DNA from: Takakia lepidozioides
Taxonomy: Eukaryota; Plantae; Bryophyta
Reading direction: 5' to 3'
DNA: 64,000 bases
Assembly: GCA_030704615.1 (NCBI GenBank)
Contig: CM060733.1
Coordinates: 40,610,001-40,674,000 of the forward strand
Part shown: positions 37,401 through 49,101 of the stretch, piece by piece
Layout: each line of letters opens with the position of its first letter
Position numbering within the stretch: the stretch's first letter is position 1
The notes under the pieces: generated by a model
Database searches by the model: none
The model's input: the letters and a program-made list of their open reading frames with translations, nothing else
Told to the model about the DNA's origin: nothing
Translations under genes and position numbers: made by a program

Positions 37401-38383
37401 GGCCTGGCAGTGAAATCTGTCATATAAGGTCAGGTCGTTAAGTTGGGCTCCGGCATCTTTAGTTCACGTCTAATCGTGAGACTAACAAAAATCCTGGAAG
37501 TTTCTTGATATGTACGTGAGAACCAAATGATGCCTAGTGCATTCACAATTGACACCGCATGAGATTTTGTGGCGTAGTTCTGAGTAGGTCATGTGTTGCC
37601 AGTCTTAGCAAGATTCATGCTTTCCTGTTTTCGCTGATCATGCATGCCTGGAGATCAGAACATATGTTTGGGCGTGTCATGACATGAGTGCCAGATGCGT
37701 GTCATGCGCGGTCTGCGCAGTTACAATAACCAGAATCTCCAAGCTAGTTACACGGTTATCACCACTGCTGCAGCCATTCGATGCTTCGACCACAATCGGA
37801 TCTTTGCACGTAACATCATGGATCTGCACATTGGAGGATCCGATTCGTATCTAGATCGACGCTTGGAGCTCGGAGAAGTCAGCGGATCTGCACTTCAACA
37901 AAGTAGACGTAGTCGACAGACCTATATTCTACCTATCCTTGAGCACTGCGATGGACACTAACATGAGACATGTTATATATCATATTTTGTACATTCTCGA
38001 CTCCTGTTGAGCAAAGAGGAGCTAATTAAAAATGATATAAGTCAAACATTTCATAAAGAGCCAACCTCAGATAGCTGGTAGGCACAAATGCGGGCGCCTG
38101 CCCAAGCAGCTTTGCAGAAATGGTGCGCGTAGTGCTTTTCCTGTTTTGAAAGCTTGTCCCATGCTTCTTTGCACTCGATTGCGCACACTGGCAGGTCGGT
38201 AGACACCACGTGCATAGAGGACACCCGATGACCCCTTTGCAATGCAGAGTCCGAGACGGATGCCTCTCTGGCGCTAGCCGTGGCATCTGACCCTGTAGCG
38301 AGCTCCCCAGATGTCATCCTTTCCGATCCTGGGGTCAAATCGGTTTTCCTTTTCTTCCACTGAAACTCATATTCTGTGTCCAT
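22498..38383 (-). CDS. DPP3: Dipeptidyl peptidase III (peptidase M49), about 19 exons
   Basis: Exons translate in order: LSKQEKHYAHHFCKAAWAG (38.1 kb), EAPAILRIL..FLSNMG (37.0), NYLAFGDTKFVP (36.4), LGIPPNGCSMYYSKNI (35.7), AWNTRLWR (33.1), VYGDY (32.5), FETGSIEAHKQAQRHW (31.8), [24 protein letters not shown] (31.4), LPWPKEFEKDVFHKPEFTSID (31.1), IPVGINVPNYEDVRQ (30.6), GFKNVSLGN (29.8), HELLGHGSGKL (27.4), EECRAE (26.9), WHQAHMQ|ARFVIL (25.2/24.9), KKKPRPMFVQ (23454-23374), last exon 22620-22498. Confidence 0.95.
27895..29020. repeat. Intronic repeat family: direct copies at about 27895-28035 and 28700-28990 (internal tandem subunits); inverted partial copy at about 26280-26360
   Basis: Shared GAAATGGTACTT(C/T)ATAAC.TCCGC.GAAAG.TCA..GAGCTTAT.GGACA...GAGAGGAAACAAAACCAG.GCCAAAA...GTCTAAGGGTCAAGG. 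Confidence 0.65.
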
Positions 38384-40399
38384 GATAGCGAACCCCAAAA
38401 ACTTGCATCAAGACTGATAAGCTTTCCACCCTTGGACGCTAACACGCTAACAGATTCTGCTTTCCCGGTGCATGAGAGAAAGACGACCGGTCGAATGCTA
38501 CAATCTTGAAGTTTCGGGACACGAACGGGGACCTACGACGAAGAGACGGAACTAGAGAGGAGACCTGCGAAAGAGGCAGAGAAAGGAAGCTCGAAAAGAG
38601 ATCACTTCGAGTCTCAAGATTCTAGACGGACTAACTCATTCAACCTGTCTACTACCATTTGTTTGGAAGAGAGACTGAATCAGATAGAGCATGAAGATCA
38701 CGCATGCCAAACCAAATACGTCTTTATATACTGAGGCAAGGACGTCTACAGATTGCATCGGGACAACTGCGCTCCATGGTAATGTCCTCTTGCTCCTGCG
38801 ATAAGAAGACCTTTAGAGAGAAAGATTGAGAAAAGACTTCCCTCCGGAGACAAGAGATTGAGGACAAGATATGATGCAAAACATAAACCCCTGAGTCTCG
38901 GCGCCGCTTCAGTCGGTGTACAATATCACGCCGCCCTCTTGGTCCTATTAAAGTACGGCCGCTCTCCAGCAACGTCGCGGAGGAGTCTGTCTGGAGTGCG
39001 CGGCGTGACAGTGCCCAAGAACATATCCGGCCACATCGGATTCGAGCACGTGGGTTCGGAACACGTGGCTGGTTGGCAAGTCTTCGCCGCGAGCCCTTAC
39101 ACAGTAAGAGTAGATCCCATTGGCCAGGGAACCGGTTGGAAGTGGCTTTAAACTGGAGAACTATGCACTTGTGTGTGGGGTCCAATCATGGGCCGTTCGC
39201 TGGCCTTTCTAACATTCCCGCTGCGACATAATTATTATTTTTAATTGGATGCAAAAACAACTTGTGGTTTGGGCGGCGGGCGGCGGGCCTCTCTCAATTT
39301 TGTATCCCTTCCTCCTACAAAGCAAAGCGTGGTACTATGAGATTGGTTGGGTGGTGCACCATGTCGTTAAGAAACATTGAAAGGACTATGAATATATGAA
39401 GCAAGGTAGGTAGTTTGTTTGTTGGCTCCTCCTTATTCTAAAGAGGAGACTAGGTAAGCATCAGTGTGGGAAATGGCTAAGCCCGTGTTGTGCCTTTCCC
39501 ATGTGTTACCTCCTCTCCTTTGTTGAAAACTTGTTCATGATGTGGCTTCTCCAGGTAGCACCTCTCTCAAGTTCTATCTCTGGTATTGAACAACTCATGA
39601 GAAACAAGCCGCTAGTCGCTTAATGGCTCCACCCTAAAAGTCTAAGTAGAAGATTTCTTTAGAATACTATATTGAAATAAGGTAAGCACGCATTCAACTA
39701 TATTTTCTAAAATACTTTTAACATATTCTGCATAAGAAGAATATTTATTTATTTATAAAGGTGGGGAAAGAGGCTCTGTCCCTGGCAGAACTTTATTGAT
39801 GTATGATATTACAAAACTGATCTTCAGATTTACTAATTATTAGAATATTGAGATGCTTGTTGAAATATTAACTGAAATACTAAAATACTTGTTGAAGAAC
39901 TAGCTGAAATAACAAATACTTGCTTGAAATCTCACTGAATACTGAAATACTCGCTAAAAATCTGGCTGAAAATATAGCTGAATTACTGAATACTTAGCTG
40001 AAAATCTGACTGATATAACTTGCTGAAAATCTTGATTGAGATATTGAAATACTAAAATTTTGATGCACTGAAATAATGTAGGCATTTGAATCTGCGTGTG
40101 GCCAAGCCTCCTCAGATAGCATTCTTTGGTGGATGAGCTTTCATCAACTGGAATTTGATGGTAAATGAGACAAAGTCCACAAAAAATCCATTTAACTTGA
40201 CTACATATCTCGAGCACCACCATATTGATAATCTGCAAGTCAAGCATCCAAGCCTTAAATGCCAGACAACTATTGTTTGCAATGCAAAGACTAGTGACTT
40301 TTTGACGTACCAACACATATCATAAGGAACCTTTGGAAACACCAGATTAGCCCTGGAGGCATGGCAGGGGGTAGAGCCCAAGCCTGAAGGCAGAGAGAC

Positions 40400-40467
40400 A
40401 GATGACAGGGATTTGAACCCCAAACCCGCAGGCCAGTACACGAGTGGCTTATCACCGGCCATAGCCC
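40400..40467 (-). mobile_element. tRNA-derived SINE-like head
   Basis: Minus strand B box GGTTCAAATCC preceded by a weak A-box-like TATGGCCGGTG. Confidence 0.3.
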
Positions 40468-40939
40468 TGGATTACTTTTGGCCGCTGGAAATTCGTGAAA
40501 AATAGCAAAGTGGGCTTTCTTGGAACAATGATTGGATATATTACTACTCAATAAATTCATGGAAAATAAATAAATTGGTTATTTCAATATATGATTTTAT
40601 ATATGTACAGAAGTATTAACATAAACTTCTAACTGTTTCACCAAATTCCAACATCACATAGTATCAGGTTTTCTACCAATTCTGACTATTCTTGGGTCTC
40701 CTTGGGCTCTCTGTCCTACCAGTGTGATTCCACCTTTGCAGTTAGAATCGTTGATTCTGCAGGAAATGTCAGCCCTGTTTACGATGGTACTGGCATCTTA
40801 CAGCAATGGGGCAGTGCCATTTCCGTTTTCTGGTTTCTTAAACTACCTCGGTCCAGCTTCAATGGGACCCGGGGGGCTTGGTGTGTGCAGGAATCTACCA
40901 AGCCCTTATTTGCCTATGCTGCCAAGTTAGGGTAGTACA

Positions 40940-41300
40940 AGATTCTTCAAGATCCTTTTCCCATCACGGCCAAGTTGTCAGCCAAATGGGCTCCCATCTC
41001 CGTCCCTGAATCTGCTTGGATGTCTGCAAGAAGCAACGAGCTGCGAAGGGATCAGCTTTTCTTTGGATATTGTGTAACCAGATTTTGCCCCTTTCTTTCT
41101 CTCATTTGCCTCATGACAACATACGTAGGGCATGTTCCTCTAGGGATATCGAGACATATGTGCACTATTTTTTATCTTGTCCCTTTGCATACTCATTTGG
41201 ACCAAAATCCACTATTTGTGTGTGGCGTGGCACATTTTTTTTTGTAGGGACCCTCTATTAATTTTTCTCAACACGTCCTCCTCGTCATTCTGGCTGTCTT
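40940..41300 (+). mobile_element. Degraded LINE zf-RVT fragment
   Basis: KGSAFLWILCNQILP...RACSSRDIETYVHYFLSCPFA. Confidence 0.55.
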
Positions 41301-43986
41301 GTCCAAGTCTGGGTTGTCCTTCGTGGTCTTGGCCTGTGGCACATTTGGAAAGCCCAGTGTGCTTCATATTCGACCATAAGCCTTTATGTGCCAAAGCTTG
41401 CTTGGCCTCTATCTTTTCTGACTTTCTGGTAGAGGGTCGCAAAGTGTGGGGAGTGCTCATATTGCACACAATTTGCATATGCTCTACGGAGCGGCGGACG
41501 TCCCTTCTCTCGCCAAATGGGGGCAATCTGGACTACTTTGTCAAAGGCAGGGGGACAGAGGTTGCTGGACATCTGGACCTCCAGTCTACTGGTGACCCCC
41601 CCACCCATTGGGCTTCTCCCGTGGAGGTGGAGGAGCGGGATATGATCAATTGGCAACACCGAAAAAGCCGGGATCCTATTTGAGCACATAGTTGGAATTT
41701 TGATAGACTGGGACCTTGCTATTTTGCAAGCCCTCTTTGTGGCTTGCTTCCTTCATATCTGCTTCTGTTTTCCTTGCTTCTGTGGCAGGTTCCTTGCAAG
41801 GCAGTCACCTAGTTCTTCCTGACTCACTTGTTCTCAGTTCTTTCCTAATTCAGCTAAGTAGGTCGCAGGAGCTTCAGTTCCCCCTGAGCTTTCAGTCTGG
41901 GTTCTTGTTTGTTGGCTAGACTGCAGCTTAGGCTTGGGCTTTCTCCTTAGTCTTAAGTCTTTTTTTTAAATCCTGGAGCATGGCGTCCTTAATTAAGGCT
42001 TTAGTTTGGTAGGTGGTAAGCTTGCCATTGGTGGCCGATCTGGACGTTACCCGATTTACAAAGATGGAAGCCTCATGGAACATTAATTTTTTCCATAACT
42101 TTCTTCTTAGTATGATTTACAGGGCTTCCTCCTCTCTCGGGGCCTATAGTTTTTAGGGAATCACGTGAGATAAAGAGGTATTTTCTATGGGGGGGTATTA
42201 TTTTTTTTCCCTTTTTTCATCCACCCTATAATTATTTAATTTTAGAATATGCACAATTATCTGGCAGGCTATTCCTTTTAATATTTGACTGCAAACATCA
42301 AATATTTGACATCCTATAGTAACATAAAAATTTAAAAAAAAATTCTTAAGAGTGAAAAATATTTTATTGCTCAATGCTAGTCTTATGCATATATCAAACG
42401 AATGAAGAAAATTGTTGCATATTTTGAGCGTATTCCTCAATTAAGAGTGTAAGGTACCTTACAGCAAGTGAATAAACCGGAGCTTCCAACAACACAATGA
42501 GGTCAGCAACTAGCGTAGCATAACTTTTGCGTCGGAGAAGAAGACAAAATGAGAAGAAAATAAAGCAACCTTAAACCAAAACGTATCCTCTCTAAACCAA
42601 GTCCTCTCATCCAAGCAGAGTTCAAGTCTTGTCATCCAGGTCCAACTAGTCATTTATGAAGTCTCAATACACATATACCATAGAACGACAGAGGTCTCTC
42701 GCCATTGTGACACCCCTATATTAGTTCTAAATTATATATAATTGGAGCATATATTTATTACCCTATTTTTATTTAAATATGGTATCCACAAATAAGGACA
42801 CCCAATTTTATTTCTAAAAATATTGTAAATTTTATCTTCAAAAATATATGTTACCCTATATTGCCGTATGGAGAAAAATGGAAGTGATTTATTTTATTTT
42901 ATAATAAATCTAAAAAACATTATTGCTCATTTTGTTCATCATGTTTACAATAGTTTTTAAACATTAGTTCATTCATGTACCACACATTTTTTGTAATTAA
43001 AGAAACAGCCAACTTCATTTTAGTGTATCGATGTCGATTCTTCAAAATGGGCCTCGACACATGGATAGATAGGGGATTGCACTTGGACTTAGATGACACT
43101 GGACACTTGGGCCAACAACACATGCTACCCTAGTCTCCATAGAGATAATTGTGTGTTCTTTTGGAAGAGGAAGACCTTTTATTTAATTTTTAGAAAAACA
43201 AAAAGGACAAGTAGAAAATTATAATTACCTCCATGCAGGTAATCTCATGATTACTTCCATGAAGGTAGTTTCAAATATGGCCTATGTGGTCTTGCATGAG
43301 TAATCCTATTCCATCAACCTCCAATCCATCCACCTACAACATATTAGGTATCCACCAAGACGAGCCTAACACACACATGCCAAAGTCGCGGAGGGACGAA
43401 TTAGTACATGCAAAGCTATAGCCCGTAGCCAGACGAGTCAAATAGACATCTCCCAAACTGCCGGGTCTGGATACATAGGGGATTGCATTTGGACTTAGAT
43501 GACATTGGACACTAGAGGTTGCACTTGGGTCTCTACATGGGAGAAGCACTTGGATATTACATAGGAGATTGGACTTGGGCTTAGATTTCAATTCTTCACA
43601 CATGGGCCAATGGCACAAGCTACCCTAGGCCGAGGGCAGCAAAGCTGTGAGCAGATTCCTAGATTCGTGAGCAGAATCAAAGCGTGAGCAAATTTCGCTT
43701 GCGGACCCCAAAACCGTGGGGACAAGTGGGCCTATTTCCGTGGACGCCAACGTCACTGCAAAGACGCAGTCTCCGCTCCATCGGACCGAAGACAGACAGG
43801 CTCCATGACGACAAAGTGGCACGAATGCACGATGATACATTCACGGATGAATGGATTTGGGATGGACGTAAAAGTGTAATGGATGAACGTTGGATGAAGC
43901 ACGGATGAGAAGTTGTCCAGATGAGGGGACTATGGAGGACTGTATGAGCATATCTCCTGTGGGATCAGCAAGCGCATGCACCAAAC

Positions 43987-44420
43987 ATTAAGGTGTCGTC
44001 AACGACATCTTAAATCGCATGCTCAGCATGAGAAATGAACCCATGAAAATCGTTGCAAGAATAAAAATGTGGCCTGGAAAAAACCATAGGGGGAGTTGAA
44101 ACCCTGCTCAGGGAATGACGAATTAAGATGTCGTCAACGACATATTAATCCCCTGCCCTATATATATGTAAGCACAAAAATGGAGAAAGGCTCGGGTTTA
44201 CTTGAACAAAGTGGATCCATGAATATCTCATGAGGGATCAGCAAGCGCATGCACCAAGCATTAAGGTGTCGTCAACGACATCTTAAATCGCATGCTCAGC
44301 ATGAGAAATGAACCCATGAAAATCGTTGCAAGAAAATAAATCTGGCCTGGAAAAAACCATAGGGGGGAGTTGTAACCCTCCTCAGGGAATGACGAATTAA
44401 GATGTCGTCAACGACATCAA
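43987..44420. repeat. Four palindromes of the copy-B type (ATTAAGGTGTCGTCAACGACATCTTAA) within a tandem duplication of about 273 bp
   Basis: Copies at 43987, 44122, 44260 and 44396; period about 136 bp; core orientation opposite to the main array. Confidence 0.9.
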
Positions 44421-44468
44421 TCCTCTGCCCTCTTTGAAAATGGGAATTTCACCAAACAAGATAAATCA

Positions 44469-44471
<3 letters not shown>

Positions 44472-44507
<36 letters not shown>
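44472..44507. repeat. (TA)n microsatellite
   Basis: About 18 TA units. Confidence 0.95.
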
Positions 44508-44509
<2 letters not shown>

Positions 44510-44674
44510 CCCCAAAATGGAGAAAGGGCTGGGTTTACTTGAACAAAGTGGATCCATGAAGACTGACTGCATTAGTGGATTTATTAAACATTGGTGAACT
44601 CGCGATAGTGGAGCATATCAAAGTAATTCAGCAAAGTGGAGTCATTGACACATACAGAACTCCCACAAAACACG

Positions 44675-44792
44675 TCAGATGTCAACTATCCTATCTCTCT
44701 GCAGAAGTGTTTGAACGTCACTGGGACCCATTGTGTGAATGCACGTGTCTCGTTGAGGATCACAAAACATCCTGTGAATGTAGATGTAGTAA
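44675..44792 (-). pseudogene. Displaced C-terminus of transposase B
   Basis: Removing the LTR element and one GTAA copy gives ...PCKHLY-YIYIHRMFCDPQRDTCIHTMGPSDVQTLLQRDRIVDI* in frame. Confidence 0.85.
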
Positions 44793-45204
44793 TGTCGTGC
44801 GCATCCATATCGCTACACAACTACATCGCTGTCCAAACCACACCACACATATATGTCAAGTTAAATAAGCACAGTGTGAAAACAGCTAGAATAAAACTAG
44901 TTATTTGTATTTAACACTTGGATTTAGGTCAAGTGTTAAATCAAGTGTCAAGTTTAGTTTGACACCTGGTCTGTCTTATCTTCACGAGAGCGGCAGTCGC
45001 GCAGCTCATCTCTCTCGAGTTGAGCCTGCGCGACCGAGCTCCTGCATGCGTTTAGATCTGAGTGTACTCATGATGGGAGTGTAGGTTGTTGTGGGGTGGA
45101 GTCCCCATAGCTTGGGGTGCCCCTGGCTCGACTTCTATTATAAAGAGTGATAGCGATGGATTTCATATGTTTTGTGTCAACAGTGTCTCTATGCTTGTTT
45201 ATCA
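44793..45204 (+). repeat. 5' LTR (first 63 bp or so inverted relative to the 3' LTR)
   Basis: 44854-45204 matches 56777-57127; 44793-44855 is the reverse complement of 56712-56774. Confidence 0.9.
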
Positions 45205-45221
45205 CTCGAGAGAGATGAGCT
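45205..45221 (+). promoter_or_regulatory. Putative self-priming primer-binding site
   Basis: CTCGAGAGAGATGAGCT directly after the LTR CA is the exact reverse complement of LTR bases 45003-45019; no TGG-type tRNA PBS. Confidence 0.65.
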
Positions 45222-47541
45222 CTTACCTGTGAGTGCAAGGTAGGAGTTGAGGGTTAGCACTTGTACGATTACCTGTGTGTAAGTAGTGCTTGGTTTTAGA
45301 AGCTTAGAAAAAAAAAAAAAAAAAACAAAATATGCAGGTTTCGATCAGCGTTGGTTCTGGCATGAGGCCGCCGGGCATGATGGAGCTACACTGCATGGAA
45401 GCAGCCTTCGTTTTGGTCGGTGAGGAGACATCGTGAGGCAGTACGCAGGCTGGTGGAGTGCATGGGTGAAGGATGCCAGAGCTGCGTAGTGGAGTGCGCC
45501 AACCCCGCTCTCCACCACAGGTGCCAGCAGTAGCTGCTGCATACCCTGAGGCCGCTCCCACCAGATGAGCCACTCCCCGGTGGCGCACAGTTGGTGCAAC
45601 AGAGGAGGTTGCTCCAGTGCGAGATCATGTCAGAACGCGCGCTGCGAAGAGGCAGTGGTTGTTGTGACTAGGGTTGGGAGTTGAGGTAAGGGTACTGGGA
45701 GTGGGCGTGCCGCAAAGCAGACTCGGAATACAAAGGCTGTTGCTCAACCCAGGGCAGCCCCTGCACCAAAGCAGAGGGACTTAGGGAGGGCCAAGCAGGT
45801 TTCGTCCAAATCTCACTCCTCGGAGCAGCGGCGGTCTCAAGATCATTGTATTGCTGAAGACGACGTTGAATCAGACTTAGATCTAGAGGAGAATAGAGCA
45901 GAGGAGTAGCAGGGGAGAAGTGTGATGCAGGCTTTCAACGCTGTCGGTGCCCATCAGCTTGCGAATTGCTGCTTCGGCCTCTGCTTGTGGAAGCAGTGCT
46001 GGTGTGAATGGGGGCTGCTAAGTGCTTTTACTGCAGGAATCTGAAGCATTTCATGCCTATGGTGAGGCCTTACGAAGATTTTGCAGCCTGATTCCAGGCC
46101 TAATTGCCATGTGCATTGGCGGCTATGTCTTCACACTGGAAATGTGGCTGGAATTGAATGAATCCAGGGTGTTTTGATGCTTCTGGACCTGCACATTGAG
46201 GGCTGTGCAGCCTGGCATCTGAAATTTAGGCCTGATTACCAGGCTTTTCATGCGCAAGTGCGGCTGGTTTCCCTTACCTTTGGACTGGATCCCCAGATGT
46301 AAGGGGGCTGGTGATGAAGCCATTCCAGCTCCTCCTGATGCTGAGTCGACTGATGAAGAAGAGGCTGTGGGCAGCCCTGCTCCTTCCACTTGCTTCCTAG
46401 TTCTCTGCAGCTCCATTCGGTGGTTCCAATCTCCCACACCGAACCAAGGGCTAGCGAAATAGAGGCAGCGACTGGGAAGGGCTGAGCAGAACCAGGAGCT
46501 GGTAGGAGCTGACGGGCATCTCTGCTGCATGGTTTTGGAGATTGACGAGCATGCAAGCTGCTCATGTGCAACCCTTTGATCAGGTATTGGACCAAAACTT
46601 GCGATGGACTGAGTGCCCACCCTGGATGGCCTGTTTGGCATCCATAATTGTTTCCCCTGCGAGATATGAAGCCAATGTTGTAGGGGCTTACTGGCATGAC
46701 CAAATCGTGGATCGACAAAAGGGCTCGGAAATCAGCTGCATGAACTAAGAATTCACCGCTACTTGACTACGTTTTCTGTTCACGATACCAGTGCCTTATG
46801 CGATGAGATCCGGTTTACTGGAGGACGAGGGGATTGCTACTGTCTGTCCTACACAGTAAGCAGCCATTGTGTTTGTAAGAGCATGACACTAGAAAATGGC
46901 TATGGATGAAAGATGTTTGGTATTCACCTCCAATCTGAGGTGAGTCCTTCCACAAATTCATGACCTGAATGGGAGCAGCGAATGGGGCAGTAGTGAATGG
47001 GAGTTCAAGTAGACCCAGCGGCTGGAGAGCATGAGAGTGGGAGACTGTGGACTCACCAGGTGACACTTGGTGTATGAGCGGGATATGAGCTGAAGGGGCC
47101 CAGCTCACTACACGACCTGCTCGGTCTATGTTTACAATCCAAAACTTGAGGGCAGCCTGTGCCAACTCCATGTAAAGGCTTACACAATCAGTGATAGCAG
47201 ATCTGTTGTTGCCACCTTGAAAAATCAGCACGCTTGAAGGGCTGTAAGCGTTCTTGATCAAGCTAGTTAGCTCTGGTGCTTTCCGGGGTTGCATTGTAAG
47301 TGCTCCTGCTTTTGTTGGGAATATTGGTGCAAAGGATTAAGGCTCGGCATAGCTACGGATCTCGACTGGAGGAGAGCAGGTCACTGGTAACCAAGAGCTG
47401 TGGGGGGTGCGTTTGTAAACACAACTGAAATCCTGATAGGGTACGTGGCCAGGGAACCTAGGATGCCATATAGAACTTAGGGAACCGGGAACCAGTTACC
47501 AAACATTTTGGGTGTAACTTTAAATTGTTAAACTTGAAAAC

Positions 47542-47578
<37 letters not shown>

Positions 47579-47832
47579 CTTTTGATCTAATTTAAATGAT
47601 TTAAAGCCAAAGTGGTCATATCTTTGTCAAATGGACTCTGTTTGACTCAGTTTTTGGGGGATGGCTGCAGAAAGGGGAAATCTACCTACCTAGACCTGGT
47701 TTCTGTTTTTGGGACTCTGCTAAAAATCTATGGAATTTTTAGAGTGTGAGTGTGCCATAAAATATCCACAATCCTGTTTCTAGAACCTGTGCTGGCCTAT
47801 ATGAGAGACAAACCTGTGGATGTACTCCCTGT

Positions 47833-48582
47833 ATGGCTGGGGGAAATGAGGACGTAATTGAAGGGCAGGTCTCTTCTCTTAGCCTGTGCACACAAGGGGA
47901 CAGGATTTATGTTTCCCAAGGAACTCAGACTGATTTGAGTGGAGAACAGTTGGACGAGTTGATTGCATACTGGGAGTCAGGCATTAGCAGTAGACAACAG
48001 ACTGCTGTAGTTGGCATTGAGGGCCTCAATATCGCCTTGGACAGTCAGAACTCTGTTGGAGCCAGCAGTTCTGCAGCTGTAGGTGAAATACCAAAGTGGG
48101 TGAAAGCTAGGCTTGGAACACAGCCAAAGACAGCCCCGGGGACCAAGGTGTTCAGCCACAAGGCCGTGGTGTACTGGAGCAGAGGAGCAGGAGCTGCACA
48201 AGTTTGTGCAATTAGACAGTGTTGCAGACGGACACGCTCTGCACAAGGCAACCACGAGCGGGGGTTCATTAGCGAGGACAAGTTTGTTCTGTTTGAAGGC
48301 GATGCAGTCATCCGCAATGAAGACACCCGCAACCGTCTCAAAGCTTTCGAGTTGAGAGACTATCAGACCCTACCTTTGTTTTCTTTAGTGTTCAGTGAGC
48401 GGGAGATAGGGGAGTACTGCTTTGTCTCTACCTGGCAGAAAGAGGAGGAGGGTTGGTTAGAGCGAGCTACTGTAGCTTGGGACAAGGTTAGTGGCAGGTT
48501 TCTGGACATAGATATACCTCCTACACCTTACCATCAAGCAGAGCGAGGTACTTTGAGAGAAGTCTGGAAGTTGATAGCATAG
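47833..48582 (+). CDS. Extra ORF of unknown function upstream of gag (249 aa)
   Basis: Uninterrupted ATG-TAG ORF with protein-like composition inside the retroelement; no recognised motif. Confidence 0.5.
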   Translation: MAGGNEDVIEGQVSSLSLCTQGDRIYVSQGTQTDLSGEQLDELIAYWESGISSRQQTAVVGIEGLNIALDSQNSVGASSSAAVGEIPKWVKARLGTQPKTAPGTKVFSHKAVVYWSRGAGAAQVCAIRQCCRRTRSAQGNHERGFISEDKFVLFEGDAVIRNEDTRNRLKAFELRDYQTLPLFSLVFSEREIGEYCFVSTWQKEEEGWLERATVAWDKVSGRFLDIDIPPTPYHQAERGTLREVWKLIA

Positions 48583-49101
48583 ATCAGGGTTAGATCTTGC
48601 TTGGGCGGGCTTCTATTCTTCCCCTCCATCTCTGTACTATTTTCATTACCTTGTACTTGTAGTTGCCAAAGCCTCTCTTGGTGGAGGCCAGTCAGTCCGG
48701 GGTTTTGGGCTGGGATATTCTGCAGGATCAGCGTTGCTGCTGGATTTTGGTGTGGGGGTGTTGATGTTTTGATTTCTTGTGTTTGGATCCCCCCCAACAC
48801 CTGCATGCTTGACTGTGCGCCATGTTGGTTTTGTGTGGGCGCTTGCTTTCATAGGGATTAGGCCGGATTTGATCACCGGTCAATCCTAGAGTATGCTGTC
48901 GGTGGTGAGGCTGGAGTGATGACCAGCAAGACCACCAGTGTTTCTTCTATGGTGAGGCTGGGTTGATGACCAGCCAACCATAGGAGTTCTTGCGGTGGAT
49001 GCAGGTGCAGGTGCCCTGAGCCATTGGGATATGACCCTTAGACTGCAACAGGTGCCCACCCGTGTCACTATTAGATTAGTACTAGAGCCTTATAGTGTCA
49101 C

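Noticed and set aside
39800-40080. TGAAATA-rich short repeats (also AATTTACC repeats at about 14140-14270)
   Set aside because: Low-complexity degenerate tandem sequence with no further structure.
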